Origin: Aeropyrum pernix K1
GTDB taxonomy: Archaea > Thermoproteota > Thermoprotei_A > Sulfolobales > Acidilobaceae
Length of the DNA: 32,000 nucleotides
NCBI RefSeq assembly: GCF_000011125.1
Contig: NC_000854.2
Span: forward strand, 30,001 to 62,000
Reading direction: 5' to 3'
Shown here one piece after another: positions 31,839 through 32,000 of this stretch (positions are counted from its first letter, which is position 1; each line of letters begins with the position of its first letter). Under the pieces are notes generated by a model. That model saw nothing but the letters and a program-made list of their open reading frames with translations, was not told the DNA's origin and did no database searches. The position numbers were made by a program, and so were the translations under genes.

Positions 31839-32000
31839 AGGCCCTATCCTCCTCGGGTTCGCTCATCACCTACTCAGCAGCGATCAGGCCCAGGCATCGG
31901 GCCTCCAATATGTACCAGGATTTGTTCAAGCATAATCTATTTCAACTCCTCTCTATTGGATCCACAACTCAGCTCTACTTATTATTTCGACGCAAGACGA

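Noticed and set aside
1-32000. Scan for CRISPR arrays, IS elements or transposases, integrases, toxin-antitoxin pairs, rRNA and tRNA genes
   Set aside because: I saw no regularly spaced direct repeats of 24-40 nt, no transposase, integrase or Cas-like ORFs, and no rRNA or tRNA-like sequences. The window looks like core chromosome rather than a mobile island.

Overview
Dense, chromosome-like segment that looks like a hyperthermophilic crenarchaeon, possibly Desulfurococcales/Pyrodictiaceae-like. That assignment is an impression from gene content and cannot be confirmed without a search. Archaeal signals: many GTG/TTG starts, TATA-like boxes about 20-40 nt upstream of starts, 1-4 nt start/stop overlaps (pstB/phoU, ABC ATPase/permease), HerA/NurA, an AbrB-PhoU fusion, a DUF2175-like Zn-ribbon protein, a CxxxY-type CcmE, and a Thr-rich membrane-anchored giant surface protein. 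I call 31 protein-coding genes. I saw no rRNA, tRNA, CRISPR array, transposase or integrase.

Gene content, left to right:
- pstB (5' truncated) and phoU
- CcmE-like heme chaperone
- FAH-family hydrolase, a membrane protein, an ArsB/NhaD-type permease, enoyl-CoA hydratase
- a 1488-aa beta-helix-like surface protein
- an HTH-phosphoribosyltransferase regulator followed by a BMP-type (nucleoside-like) ABC importer operon
- NifX/NifB-like protein with an internal His6 run, then dUTPase
- an orphan hypothetical gene
- a sulfite-oxidase-family molybdoenzyme with an extra N-terminal domain
- CcsA/CcmC-family heme-handling membrane protein
- an orphan COG1743-like Zn-ribbon DNA methyltransferase
- EamA transporter, MoaB, a pyruvoyl-dependent decarboxylase (SpeH-like)
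- a stand-alone nurA->herA pair
- nitroreductase, PHP phosphoesterase, a cysteine-free peroxiredoxin-like paralog next to bcp
- a DUF2175-like protein divergent from an AbrB-PhoU regulator

Best candidates for something not yet described:
1. The nurA-herA pair, which is uncoupled from mre11/rad50 and has a strongly expanded HerA.
2. A roughly 110-nt GC-rich nested-stem element (19155-19262) in an otherwise AT-rich spacer, a candidate structured RNA.
3. The HTH-PRTase regulator plus a perfect 21-bp palindrome and a recurring AGGTTT(T)AC motif around the nucleoside-type ABC operon.
4. Dispersed variant System I cytochrome c maturation genes.

All family calls come from motif recognition by eye. 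No HMM or BLAST search was possible.
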